Source: Folioceros fuciformis (taxonomy: Eukaryota). Taken from it: a stretch of DNA of 51,613 bases. Below, piece after piece: positions 27,040-39,050 of this stretch; positions within the stretch are counted from its first letter, which is position 1, and the number at the start of each line of letters is the position of its first letter. The translations under genes were made by a program, and so were the position numbers. Below the pieces are notes generated by a model that saw only the letters and a program-made list of their open reading frames with translations, had not been told where the DNA came from and did not search any database. Where the stretch lies: assembly GCA_049999805.1 (NCBI GenBank), contig JBNGIO010005956.1, positions 1 to 51,613 of the forward strand, given 5' to 3'.

Positions 27040-27330
27040 CTTACGGATTTGGCTTGTTTGTTGCAAACACTATTGTAAAATTGCAGAAGGGCTTTTTCAT
27101 GTCATTTAGGAGGTTACATATAAGTAAAATTGTCAGTGTGGCAAGTTTATTGCGAACACCAGTGTGGCAAGTTTATTGCGAACACCAGTGTAGCAAGTTT
27201 ATTGCGAAACACCATTGTAAAAATATAAAAGACCCTTTCTTCATTTATAAGGTTATATATTAGTAAAATTTGCTAATTTGACATGTCCTTGGCAAATACC
27301 GTTGTAAAATGAAGACCTTTTTCTCATTTG
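27040..27330. repeat. Nested tandem repeats in an AT-rich block (26-bp unit x3 inside a longer unit of about 95 bp)
   Basis: cagtgtggcaagtttattgcgaacac x3 at 27134-27215; aaaca/tac..ttgtaaaa...tcattt recurs around it. Confidence 0.75.
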
Positions 27331-27344
27331 TGCTATTTATGAGG

Positions 27345-27560
27345 TGTGCGAAGAAAAAGTTTGGTAATCGGTCTAAATTAGTCTAGGAAAGTTTAACTTG
27401 GTTCTTTTGGCTTAGGACAGTTCAAAGGGAGGCATGTAAAAGATAGGTTTTTAGGTAAGTGCTAAGCGGTTGGTGAAGGTTCCATTAGATTTGTTTAGTT
27501 CTATCTTGGTAGGTTAGGTATGTGATAATAGGACGAGGTATTACGCATCATGATAAGAAG
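27345..27560 (+). mobile_element. Terminal fragment of the gypsy-like family
   Basis: Matches 15321-15500 and the reverse complement of 47820-48018. Confidence 0.7.
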
Positions 27561-28649
27561 ATATGTACGTGCCCTCCAGTGGACCATGTTGGGCTAGAGA
27601 GCAATCTCGACCTCCACCATGGGTTTGGATGTGGGGTTCTTGCAAGAATCAACTGCTGTTAGCACAACCACCACTTTCACCATCTGCCGCTGCTCCAGGG
27701 TTTGCTTGCGCACCTCCACTACCGCCTAAACCCACTCCTCATAGCACCACGTTTCCTCAAGCCTGTCACGAGATGTCTGCTGTTGCCGAGCCCGCTGCCT
27801 CCTTCCTAATCACCTAGTTCAACTTGGATGCTTGTGTGTCCGTTTGCCCACAGTCCGATCCCGGACACCGCTTCAGTTGTGGTTGCGCTCCACTTCGAAA
27901 ATGCCCCCAGACACTTGGACTTCCCCTTAGGGTTTCCATCTTCCGAAAGCCGTTCCTGTTTCCATGACCTTTATTGGCTTCCACTACCGGTTGCTCCTTT
28001 TGCGACTGCCTTCCCCATTCCACAACCGACGTCAGGCTTTAACTACCTCCCTTCTCAGACTAAGCCCACACACAGACTGGGACACTCTACTCCTAGCTCC
28101 TAACACAAAATGACCCTACTATCTCTAGAATCCCCCCCTTATACATGCTTTTGCAAATTGTTCAAAGACCAAAGGCCAAGGAACAATCAACCCCTCTAGT
28201 TAGAGGACCAGTTATTGGTCAAACCAAACCCAAAACTAAAAACTCATAGGCCAAGAAACTTTTGAATATAAATACCTCGACCTACTCACAACTTGACTCT
28301 ATTTCACACCCAACTTAGCAAAAAAACAAAAAATCACTCTAGCATGCACCTTAGCAGGGAGTTCCTAGTTATCTGATCATTCACTATAGGCTCTCTAACA
28401 CGTGGTTTCATAAATGGGATGTCCTACATAGGGGTCTTCCCCTATAAGTACCTTCCTTACATATGTATCTTTTAGGCTAAATAATATAAGTATTTGCCTA
28501 TAAGTAGATGTTCTACACACCTAAATAGGTACCCTACTTACTAAGCATTTACCCTACATAGGTACTCTTCATATTATTTTGGGAATAATATTCAAAGGTG
28601 TTAGTCTCCGTTTTAGCTCTTAATTCTTTTCAAATTGTTCCTCCTTGTT

Positions 28650-29530
28650 TTGGTGGATGCATTTAGGGTCTTATTTCCATCCTCTTTACCTTTGGAGGTT
28701 CGTGAAGTATTACCTCTTTTCACCTTCTTTTCTAGACAAGGGTTAAGGAGTCTTTGGGCCTCTCTCTTGGAAAAGAAATATGGCTAAGCACTAAGAGCCC
28801 TTCTTTCAAACTTATCCATCTGCATGTCTTCTCAAGGGTCATATTCGCTCTAGATGTTTTTCAGGTAAAGGAGCGAGCTCTTAGCATTTGGCTCAACCTT
28901 GCATCTAGGCATTTCAAATCACACTTGCAACTTTTGCCACTACATAGAGATTTTACTTGGGTTTGGCTTACCCCTTGTCTTTTTCTCTCTTTGCATGCAG
29001 TTGTAGGATTGCCATTTTTGACATAGGTTCACATTAGCACATTGTCCCATTGGAGGCACCGTATTACCTCCATGATACACTTCGGGATGTCATGTTGTCA
29101 ATGGCTAGGGAATTTGGGTTTCTTTTGAATAGCGAGCATCCATATACTTCACACAACAAGGTTTAACTTAGAGTGGACCTTTTTTTTTCCACTAGGGGGA
29201 ACATGTTTGTGTCGCTGATGTGGCTACTATGAATTCTACTATGAATTTGATTTGCGAACACATTGTCATCAACTCCCCTAATTGGGTGACGAAGGGTTGT
29301 GCAAGTGCTAAAGGCCATAAGTATTCTCTATGTAGCACACTCATATTTTCATCCCCATTGCTTTTAAGACTCGTGGGATTATGGGCAAGGATTTTTCAAG
29401 GTTAATCAAGTAGTGGGCAAAGGTATATCATAGTAATAAAAATGGGGTTCTTCCTCTTTCTTCATGGTGGCTTCTTTCGATAACGCATATCCATTCTTTT
29501 ACAAAGAGCATTGGGTAAAATAATTTTTAG
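28650..29530 (+). mobile_element. CRE-like (RLE-bearing) non-LTR retrotransposon remnant
   Basis: Broken frames RFYLGL...CSCRIAIFDIGSH...HDTLRD and HIFIPIAFKTRGIMGKDFSRLIK; inverted homologue of 48550-49300. Confidence 0.55.
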
Positions 29531-30099
29531 AATAACAACAAGTGCAAGTCCAAGAACTTCTTAGGTACCGATGGTAGGTAGGCCTTTTACTATTTTATAT
29601 CATGATATTTTGGGAATGATAAGTAATTTTGAAAATGATGTATGAAGAGGCCAGTCTCTTTTAGACCCTGCTCTGTCTTACCTTCGGAGTAGCTAGAACT
29701 TTCTACAATAATTTTTTACCTTTTAAAATATACATCATATTTTTTCTTTCCCACTAGGTGTTGATAGATATGCCCTCTACAAGCCTCCCTAACCTGAGCG
29801 AGAGGCCTTTTATTCTCCGAGGCGTCAGTTGCAGGCTGGTTTTGTCCCCGTTTGCTCTACGGGCTTGAGTAGTGGTGCCTCTTTCTTTGTTTGCTCGAGG
29901 TGGGCTCCAGAGGCTTGAAGCGTTCCTGTCAGATAAGCATTGCGGCCAAGCACAATTGGGCCCGCTCCTTATAAGACTTTCGTGTTTCTAAGCTCATTCG
30001 GATTCGGATTCCTCTCTGTTCTTGCCCGGGAAGGGGAGCAAGTCCTTAACTACTGCCTCGATTCAGCATTCTGGTGTTGTGCGCCATACCACCGAGCTT

Positions 30100-32680
30100 T
30101 TCCCATCGGGCTGCGCTTTCGCCTCAATTTGAGGTACTTGTTTTGAATGCTGAATTCTGATTGTGGAGATACATGTTGTTCTGAATGTTGAATTCTGGTT
30201 GTGGAGATATTTGTGGGAGGTGATTGTGGGATCCGCGGACAGAAATGCGGTCCGTTGTAAGCTGGGTGTGAACTGTTGGCAATGACAGTGATGAGAGCCT
30301 CAACAGTGAAGGGAACGCTGCTGTGGAGGCTGGGCGCTTGGCCAAACCGCAAGATTTGAGTTTGTGGCGCTGTTTGCAAGTTTGGGGAAGGTTCATTCTC
30401 GTTCAAGCCACCATGAGGGGTTGCAAGAGCTCAAATCTGCTGTTCTTCTGATTGCCGATGGATTTTGGTTTGTAGATGGGAGGCCGTCTTTAGAGCTCTC
30501 CTTGTTGCTGCTCAAGATGTCTCTGCGGAAGGAGGATTGCAAGTGACTGGCAACAAGGAGGTGCTCGTTCAACGAGCTAAGGATCCATCTGAAGGTTGTT
30601 CCCCAGATCAAGAATGGCTGCCGCAATGGTAGGTACGCTCAGGCTTGCTGAGATCGTCACTTGAGGTGGTTTCGTTTTGAAATCTTCTGCGTCTGGTGCC
30701 GACACGAGAAGTTCGAGCTTGTCGATTGGTGGAAGTTGTGTTGCAGTGACTGAAGGCGGGAGCACGGACTCCTAATGATATCTCCAAAGGTGAATCCAAG
30801 GAGACAAGGAATTCGACGCTGACAGATCTCTACCCCAAGGAGGCGGGCAAGCCCCTGGAACCTCAAACCCGTCCTTGTTTGGTGTTGATATTGTTCTTCT
30901 TCTTATCGGTATGTGTGTACTGCTAACGGTGCTTCTTCTGCCTACGGCAATGTTTTCACCTGCCATCTTCCTCATGAACTGATATCAATCAGGCTTCTAT
31001 CCTCAGATGGAGGTGCGTTGTTGGAAGAAGAAGGGGACGAGGAACAGGAAGAAGAGGAGGAGGAGGAGCAAGAGATGGTGAGTGGTACACCCCAGAGGCT
31101 AAAGCTCCCTGATGCTGAGGTGTGCCAATGTGTTGCAGGTGCATGCTTCACTCTCCCCATGTTTTATGGTCTCTCTTTTGGTGGATCTGAATGCCTGATC
31201 TCGTATTCAGAGCATACACTGACCGTTCTCAAATGTGAAAGCTGCAGATGTTGGGGAGCTTGGAACGCTCCCGAGTCGTCAATTGAAATTGTATTTGAAA
31301 TGCAACAGAATGAGGATGTCTTGAATTGACGGGATAAAACTCCCAGTAACGTACTGCTATCTAGGCACTGCTGTTGAACGCATTGCTCGTTGTGACTTGC
31401 TGATAATTTAACTCTGACATTTGTTCGTGATCAGTTTCGAACAAGAGGGCTAAACCATTGTTCCCGAGAAAATCCTTCAGTATGAACTGCACAGCTGGTG
31501 AGCTGCCTTGCATTTTGGTTCCTGTATCAGGCAGGTGTGTGCAGTTCAGTCGCTGATATATTTCTTATCGGTTTCAGGAGACCTCTGCAAGGGAGACATC
31601 GGATGCAGCGTCCTTTTCCATCGAAACGTTTATTCGGAGTGTGTACATTTAGGCCGTTTCTCACCCCCAACCTGTTGTGGCTTTCTGATGACGTTTCCAA
31701 AATGTTTTTTTTTTCTGACGTGCTGCAGACAGCCCGTTGATTACCTGGCGGGGACATGGAGCATGGCGCCAATAGGAGTCCCAACAATTCCAGGCAGTGT
31801 GACTCACGAGGCATATGGACGAGACAAGCAAGTTAACACACCTTCAGAGTACGAACTTGTCCCAACCGACCGTAATGCTAGCTTGCCAGTTGCCTATCGT
31901 CAACTCATTCCGTCTTGTGTGCAATTCACAGATAGAGGTGCTGTGGACTTCAGGTCCACAACCACTTAGGGCCATGGAGCAATGACTCGAAAAGGTTCGA
32001 AATCTGCACAAGATACACACACTTCGGCAGGTACCTATTCTTCTGCTTCTTTATCCTCACCCCGCGCAAAACGCTCTCATACACGTTGCTTGCCTCTTTC
32101 CTTACCCATCATTGTGAGCTACTCATCAAGTACTTGACCATAATATGGTTTGGCATCATGAACTGTGTAGCCTTGGTGTGACGAGAAAGAACGGAAAGCA
32201 AAACTTGCTGAGAAGCACAAACGTGGGCCTGCTGCCCGTGGTGAGAGATCTCTCAGGGTGAGGCGTGCCAGAGACACCCATGGCATTCCCGCCTCACTCA
32301 AGATCCCCAAGGCGCACATGTAGACCCCGACAACACCAATACTAGAAGGACTGGGGAACAAGAGTACAAGGGCAGGCTGCCCCAGCAACAGGCGGCATTT
32401 TGGAACAATGGTCCATGGTCGCCTGCGCCAAATATCCTTGGTAACTCTTCCTCACCCTATGTACACAGGAGTGGGGAACACGTACAAGAACAAGGGCAGG
32501 ATGCCCCACTAACAAACAGCCCCTGATCACAAGGGAATAGTGGGGAAATTAACAGCCAGCCCCTGATCACAAAGGTAAAATGGGACAACAAGCAGACTGA
32601 TCACAATAGTATACGGAGGATTGTGGCACATGTCTCCCACGAGGTCAACGCCAGAGGCGTGGCCAGCGGAAGTAAGGAGG
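30100..32680 (+). pseudogene. Unit C: SAP/C3H62-like gene pseudogene
   Basis: Most exons are recognisable. SAP1 frameshift with a stop at 30544-30546, TGA in MEQ*LEK, TAG in the last exon, lost exon-2 acceptor. Confidence 0.85.
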
Positions 32681-33109
32681 GCTGGATGAGCAACATATCA
32701 CAAAACGGCACATCAACGAAACAAGCCATCCAGCATCTAGATCAGATGCACTGTCTAGCCTGCCGTCGACCCTCGAGCTCATCAGGTATAGCTTTGGTCT
32801 TGAGGGCCTTGTGGATGTTCATGTACGGCGGCCGGCGACTTTGTCGCTTCGCTGGTGTACAGCATTTTGCATGTGCTACATGCAGCAGTGAAGAAATTCT
32901 CTTCTCTAAGGGTTGGAGGTCGCGATGAAGGAGCCGATTGCAAGCTCAGCCGGCGGATGTTGTTAAGCTGTCAATGCAGAGTGCCGGGACAGCATTATGA
33001 ATATAATGACACGTTGTAAAGATGACATGTTGCTGCGGTATGGCAAGTATGCTCAGCCGTTGACGGAGGTGCCGAGCTGGCTTCCAAACAGATAATTTGA
33101 TGGAGCTGG

Positions 33110-36030
33110 AACTTACTGTGGGCACGAAGTTGGCTGGCCTTTAAATATGTATCTTTGATATGTAGATCCTGCTGACTGCTCGCCTAGCCTGTTGTGTGGA
33201 TTTCGAAACCCAGGGCATCTGTCCACCTGGTGTCATCGTTTTGCGATTGGCTAAAGCAGATCTGCCAGGCAGTGACTAACCACGATTCCTTGTGGGGTAT
33301 CTTTGAATATGGGTTCCACGATCAAAAACAGCAGGAGGCTTTCCGAGAGCAGGTGGAAGTCAGAACCAGAGTCCCAGATTTTTGTTCTCGTCTGCAGTCA
33401 TACATGTATGGAGCTCCGGAGCAGAGGACCCAGAGGAGCAATTTGAGCCATGGACGTGGTCTCTGCTTGTGGTTCCAAACTATACAGATAAGACGACTCC
33501 CAGTGGGATACATGGATCTCCTCAGTGCCTGCGCTGTGTCAAGATGCATGAACACCCATTGATGGGGATCCATCTCACTGCAGATATTCGTCGTCATATG
33601 AGTAGTCTGGAACAAAAAGAAAAACCATTTCATGGCCCCAATTTGCTCCTCTAGATCCTGTGCTCTGACTTTGCGACGGGGTTAGTAATCAACGATGAAA
33701 ACTGCACATCTACAGTGAGCCTTATCAATCGGTTGGGTCAGGCTAGCTGAGGCCCAGAGCCGGCTCCCCTCTGTTTGGTGGTGCAATTCGTGATGAGTCG
33801 AGCTGGGTTGGAACGTCTTCTATCATGATCATGTGTGGAGTTGTAGTTGCAGGGACTGTGAACGTGGAAAACACATGCGCGCAGAGTCCAGCTAAGGATA
33901 ATTGTGAACGCCGGCGTACGAAGCGATAGTTCAGGCGCCTGACAGATATCTACACCGGTACCTTAGACATGCGCAAGCCCGGGCAAGGTGTGCTTCATTC
34001 CTTGTGATTGTAGTCATATTTTTAATATTTTGATGCTGGATGCGGCCGTTCTTGTTCCTGCTGTAACAGTGTGTGTTCAGCACAGCCACAACGAGAGGTT
34101 GACTGGAGCTCATCAAGTGTTCAGACTCTGAAGTGTTTGCAGGGCTTGAGGAGCGCGTGCTCTCACGGGAGCACGGAATGCTCAGGATACAAGTCACAGA
34201 GATCAGCCGGGCCTTCCATGTAGACGTTGGAAGCTGATGATTTGACCACCAAGGAACCTGGCAACATTCTGGAAGGTCTACCCCTCCGTCTTGGTGTTGT
34301 TATCCATGCTGTGTTACGGCAACGGCAGCTTCCTCTTGCTGTGGTACATGTGCTCACCTGCCATCGTCGTCCAGTTCAAGAGCTGATGGCTTTTCCTTTT
34401 CCCAGATGGAGGTGCACGTACGTGATCGCGGGACCAAGAAGCAGCGTCGAGGACGGAGTGGGTAGGGATTTGTTGGGAAAGAAAGGAGGGAAGAAATTGG
34501 ACTAATGCAACTGAAGTTCGCGAGTATGTGCATGCTTCATTCTCACTCTGTTTTATTGACAATTTTTGGTGGAACGGATTGCTTATCTAGCTGGACTAGT
34601 CTGGACGGCATAATTGTTCTCTGATCCTCAGCAATCTCATGGTCACCAAGTGGAGTTGCTGATAGATGAAAGTGAGAGCTAGGCAGCAGCCATGAACCTC
34701 CGCTGTGGGCAGTGGAGGATAACATGGCAGAATGGTGACCCTATATCACCCCTCTTCGGCCGTTTGTCAGCCTAAGTACCTCCTCTGGCATGGCAGAGTG
34801 GGGGTAAAGTAAACTCTGACTGTCCAAAATAAACCATGACAAACAATTATATAACAGAAACTGAGGCGCATCGATTCTTCGACGAATGGCCATGATCAAT
34901 GCATGCCCGCTCTGCATACTCAGGCTTGCGCCAAAGGCGATGTGGGTTATCGGAGAAGCGATGGCCGGGAACGGCAGTGCGGATGACGGTTCCCCATAAT
35001 CGTCCACGAAAGAGCGGTTCCACACATGCAGCCCTTCAGCTTGCGCAAGATAGCCTCTACCTCTGAGCTATGTAGTCCAGTGAGATTAGTTGAAAACGAA
35101 AGCGGAAGGGTTGAATCTGGCGGAGCGTTCGGCATTTACTTACGTTTGGCCTAGCTCACCCCTCTTCTACCGCTTGTCAGCCTACGCACCTCTTCTGGCA
35201 TTGCAGAGTAGTGGTGACGTAACCCTGACTTGCTCAGGAACGGTTTCCAAAAAATACATGAAAACCCACTTCACAGACACAGCATGTATTCGTCGTCTTC
35301 GGACACGATCCCAGTTCGCTTGGCGCGCAGGTCTCCCTCCTGTGTGGTCCCTGCACGCGATCGTCCTCTGAACCTTAACAGCCGAAACTGAGGCACTTTG
35401 AGTTTCCGCCGAATGGTTCTTGCTCAACGGATCACCATTCGCCTTATCGGGCATGCGGCGAAGGCCACCTCGATTGTTGTAAAAGCGATGACGAGTAGCC
35501 GCAGTGCAGACGATGGCTCCCTACACTTGTTCAGGGAAGAGCTACTTGCCCGCTTGTGGTTGAGCATGAGGAGGAAAGTGGAGAGATGCTTGCACTCCGA
35601 GTCCGGAGATCACTGCAATGCTGTCTTGAAGAACCTAGATCGATATCCAGAGCCGAGCCGTCCGCTTGCGTTAGATCCCATCAGGTCTTGCCACGCAGAT
35701 GTTCTACCGCCCCTAGGTAGACTGACTGCATTGCGAACCTGAGTAGTGTGGATTGCTTTGCTTCCAATGACAAGACTTTTGTGCAGCCTGTAATGCTGTG
35801 CACTCAACCACGGGTAGAAGCACGAGCTCACTTGTGTTGCGCGGGAAGGTCATCGAGGAAGCTTTATTTTTCTTGGATGCTTTGAACACGTGGTTGGAAG
35901 ATGAGGCTAGCAAAGTTGTCCGTTTGGTGGTGGCCAATGCGCTGCCGCCTTTTGCACCTATTACTGCAGCGGTGAAAACACTCTTTCCCAAGGGGAGCAA
36001 GGTCGCAGTGAGGAGTCTTTTCTAAGGTAC
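33110..36030 (+). pseudogene. Unit C: decayed (F-box?)/LRR-like gene with embedded SAP-derived exons (33795-34525)
   Basis: QICQAVTNHDSLW; LRR-like LTPLLPLVSLRT, PKLRHFEF and LPPLGRLTALRT; internal duplication 34740-35020 vs 35155-35540; numerous stops. Confidence 0.45.
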
Positions 36031-36462
36031 TTGCGCAACAGGACAGGAGTTATTTTATTCCGGGGGGATCGTATCAGCCGGCCGCTGTTGTTCAATTGTC
36101 GAAGGAGGTGCACAAGGCGTTCCTATGTTGCAGAGTCGAGCATGAATTTATGCCTACTTCTTTCCTTGGTAGTCTATGCGGGACCTCTAGAGTCTTGAAT
36201 ATTATCTCAGCCGAGTGTATTGCCCCATCACACACCAGGTGTTGCTGCTAAGCTGAAACTTCTCCTACATAAGAAGGAAAAGGGAACAGCCAGGGCCATG
36301 CCAAGGGATCGCTCATGTTCCAGTGGTCACCGGCGCCGGAAATCCGAGGTGGCGCCGCAAACCTCACCACTGCTTGCAGGATTCTTGAAAAAGTTTCTGA
36401 GAATGGAATGATCTACTTATAAACGACCTGCCCTCTTGCAAAACTCTAGCTACATCCATGAA

Positions 36463-37780
36463 TCACTCCAAGTCTTCGTCGTTGTCGGAATCGTCGGAAA
36501 GCAGGAGATGAAAATTGCGTGTTAGCTCCGATTGCTCGTCTGAATCTTCTGTTGCACAAACCGATTCAATATGTACACGTGAGCACACAGATGTATGAGA
36601 AACGGAATACGCAACTGTGTGCAGACGCTCACCCACCATCAACACAGTTGTCGTCGAATGCCGCAGGATCGCTATTAGGGCTCCCTTTCTGCTGCAACAA
36701 GACAGAATGAACACATAATGTGAGGTGTGCCGTAAGTCAGTTAAACGAGGAAGATGGAAGCTGCAGTGAACATACATATGCAGGCAGCAGGCCTGGGCAG
36801 ACGTGCATCAGCTGCCCAATTGCAAGTGTACCGAGTCATGTGTTCACCAAGCGCTAAAACACAGATTTTGCCCACCTTCAGCCACTTGGCCTTCTTGAAT
36901 AACTCCTTGAAAGCCTGCACTTTGGATGCAAGGTAAAACCGGTCCGAGCCGCTGGAGAGCTTCACCCATATGCGCTTCCGCCACGATTTCTTTGACAATG
37001 GCACAAAACCAGCGTGTGCCTCAAAAGCACTAGGACTCAACATGCGCCCAGCTGGTCAGGACAAATTTTCAGCAGAGCTGAGATCAGCCGATGGTCTCAA
37101 ACGAATTCATGCAACCTCATGAGAGCGATTTCTATTCACACTACAAGGATGCTGCACAGCATAACAACTCTAGAGTTGTGCAACAAGATACACAAATGGG
37201 TCTGGACGCCATACCTTCCGAGCAGGTCCCCGGAGCACACATGCACGCAAACAGGAACTTGCCAGTCAGGTAAACCTGCACCCTGCCGTAAAGTATGGGA
37301 CATCCGCTGTCTTTACAGCCGGCGCACACCATCTCCTTGAAAAAATCATCATCGGGACCCAGAATCGGCAGAGTTCTCATGGATGCCGAACTCCTACCAC
37401 GCTCTTTCCACTCCCGAGCTATCGTCTTCTCCAAGCGTTCAATAACACTGTCCGATGGTTCTTCAGGTGGCTTGGGCTTAACAGCCACAGCTTTGCCCCG
37501 ATCTCTGCCACTACCGGCACCCAATTGCACAGGCGCAGACTTCTCAGGGCCGGCGCCATCTCTGGAACCGACCTTATCGCAGTCCGCACGAACCGTCGCT
37601 TCATCTGTGTCCCTGCACATTACACAGGTACAGGCTGGGATCCCCCGACAGCCTGCAACACAACGCGGGCCGAGTCCATTCATTATCAGCCAGCTGCAGG
37701 TCAGCTTACCAAGGCAGTTTCCAAGGCGTTTGCCGAGGAATGCTTTTGGATCTCTTTCCTTTCCCACCCCGAGGTATCAT
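36463..37780 (-). CDS. ULTRAPETALA-like SAND-domain protein, 5 exons, 261 aa, apparently intact
   Basis: Exons 37780-37710, 37612-37215, 37051-36876, 36691-36637, 36548-36463; all introns GT-AG and in phase (786 nt). Core EMVCAGCKDSGCPILYGRVQVYLTGKFLFACMCAPGTCSEAGRMLSPSAFEAHAG...KKSWRKRIWV parallels the ULT1 SAND domain. Basic N-terminus and acidic tail. Confidence 0.8.
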
Positions 37781-38029
37781 TGCTTAAGCAAAGCAAGGTA
37801 TATGACGTCAGACCTACGAAGAGAAAAAAAATCACTGAAATGTTAAACAACACGGAAGCTGAATGGGCACCGTGTTGAAGCTGAACGCACCCTTGTCGAT
37901 CTAACCCACAACTTCCAACTTTTAGCAAATCCAGAATGACGAGCTTTCTACCTTCAACAATCTAATCTCGAGGTCGTTTAAACAACTATGGCTTGAAAGA
38001 AGCTCATGACCTTCGCATTCGAACAAAGT

Positions 38030-38180
38030 TCGCAAACACCGTTTGTGCAAAGCTCACAACCTGAGCACTTGCACGAAATTCACAAGGACTGCTTGCGCAA
38101 AGCTCACAACGACTAGAGCGCCCACACGAATTGCGCAAGGACTGTTTTTGCCAAGCTCACAATGACCAGGGTTTGCAAAG
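38030..38180. repeat. About 52-bp degenerate tandem repeat x3 between the divergent genes
   Basis: aagctcacaa and caaggactg recur; aagctcacaa sits near 38050, 38100 and 38153. Confidence 0.7.
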
Positions 38181-39050
38181 GCTGACACCTACATCAGCTT
38201 GTACAACAAGCTTGGAACCACTGTAGCTTGCACGGAGCTTATACCACACTGACAAAAAGCTGACATGTCTACTTGTCCACAAAAGCTCTTAACAACTATT
38301 TGCTAGAAGCTTAAAAGATGATCATACACAACTAAGTATATATATAGTTAGGGTATCTTTGATCAAACAATCACTATTAAGGTTCATCTTGCTCAAATTA
38401 TTTTATTATTATATATTTATTTGAAGAATTTTATCTAATATTTATATTTCACATAATATGACAAAATATGAAGGACCATCACATTTCAATACAATGAAGA
38501 TCACTAAAAATCACACATAAAGTAACCACATAGACTTGAGAATATGTTATATATTAATATTTGATCCAACCAAAATGAAATTAAAATCGTATCATAACTT
38601 TTGAAGTTCAACTAAGCATAAAATTCATAATGAACTAACTTTCAAGCTATATTGTGACTGATAGAGTTTAAAGTTAACTAACTTGATTGAACTTCTTATA
38701 AATAATAAGGATATATTAAATTTCAAAGCTCTTCAAATATATAGATATTGGTACGAGCAACAGTAATCTCCCATCCATGTGAGAGACGATCTGGAGTGTG
38801 AAGTGGTATATTCCGTACCATTCAGACGACGACGGGTGTGCCAACTTACAATGGATGTTGGTTGTGCTCAGAGGAAGGCGGGCGGGACTCTTGCCCGCGA
38901 CTGCTTTCTATGTTCGAAACCGCTGGCCCTGTGAATTTGAAGGGCTAGCTGTCCGAAGCTCGATTGCGCTAGAGCTTGTAGCCTGACCTTGGGAATTTCC
39001 ATTGTGCTGGAGCCCACGTCAGGAAATCTGATTGTGCGACAGACCTGGCA

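Noticed and set aside
18937-27215. Short tandem repeats as possible CRISPR arrays
   Set aside because: Head-to-tail units with no unique spacers, no cas genes, and a eukaryotic context.
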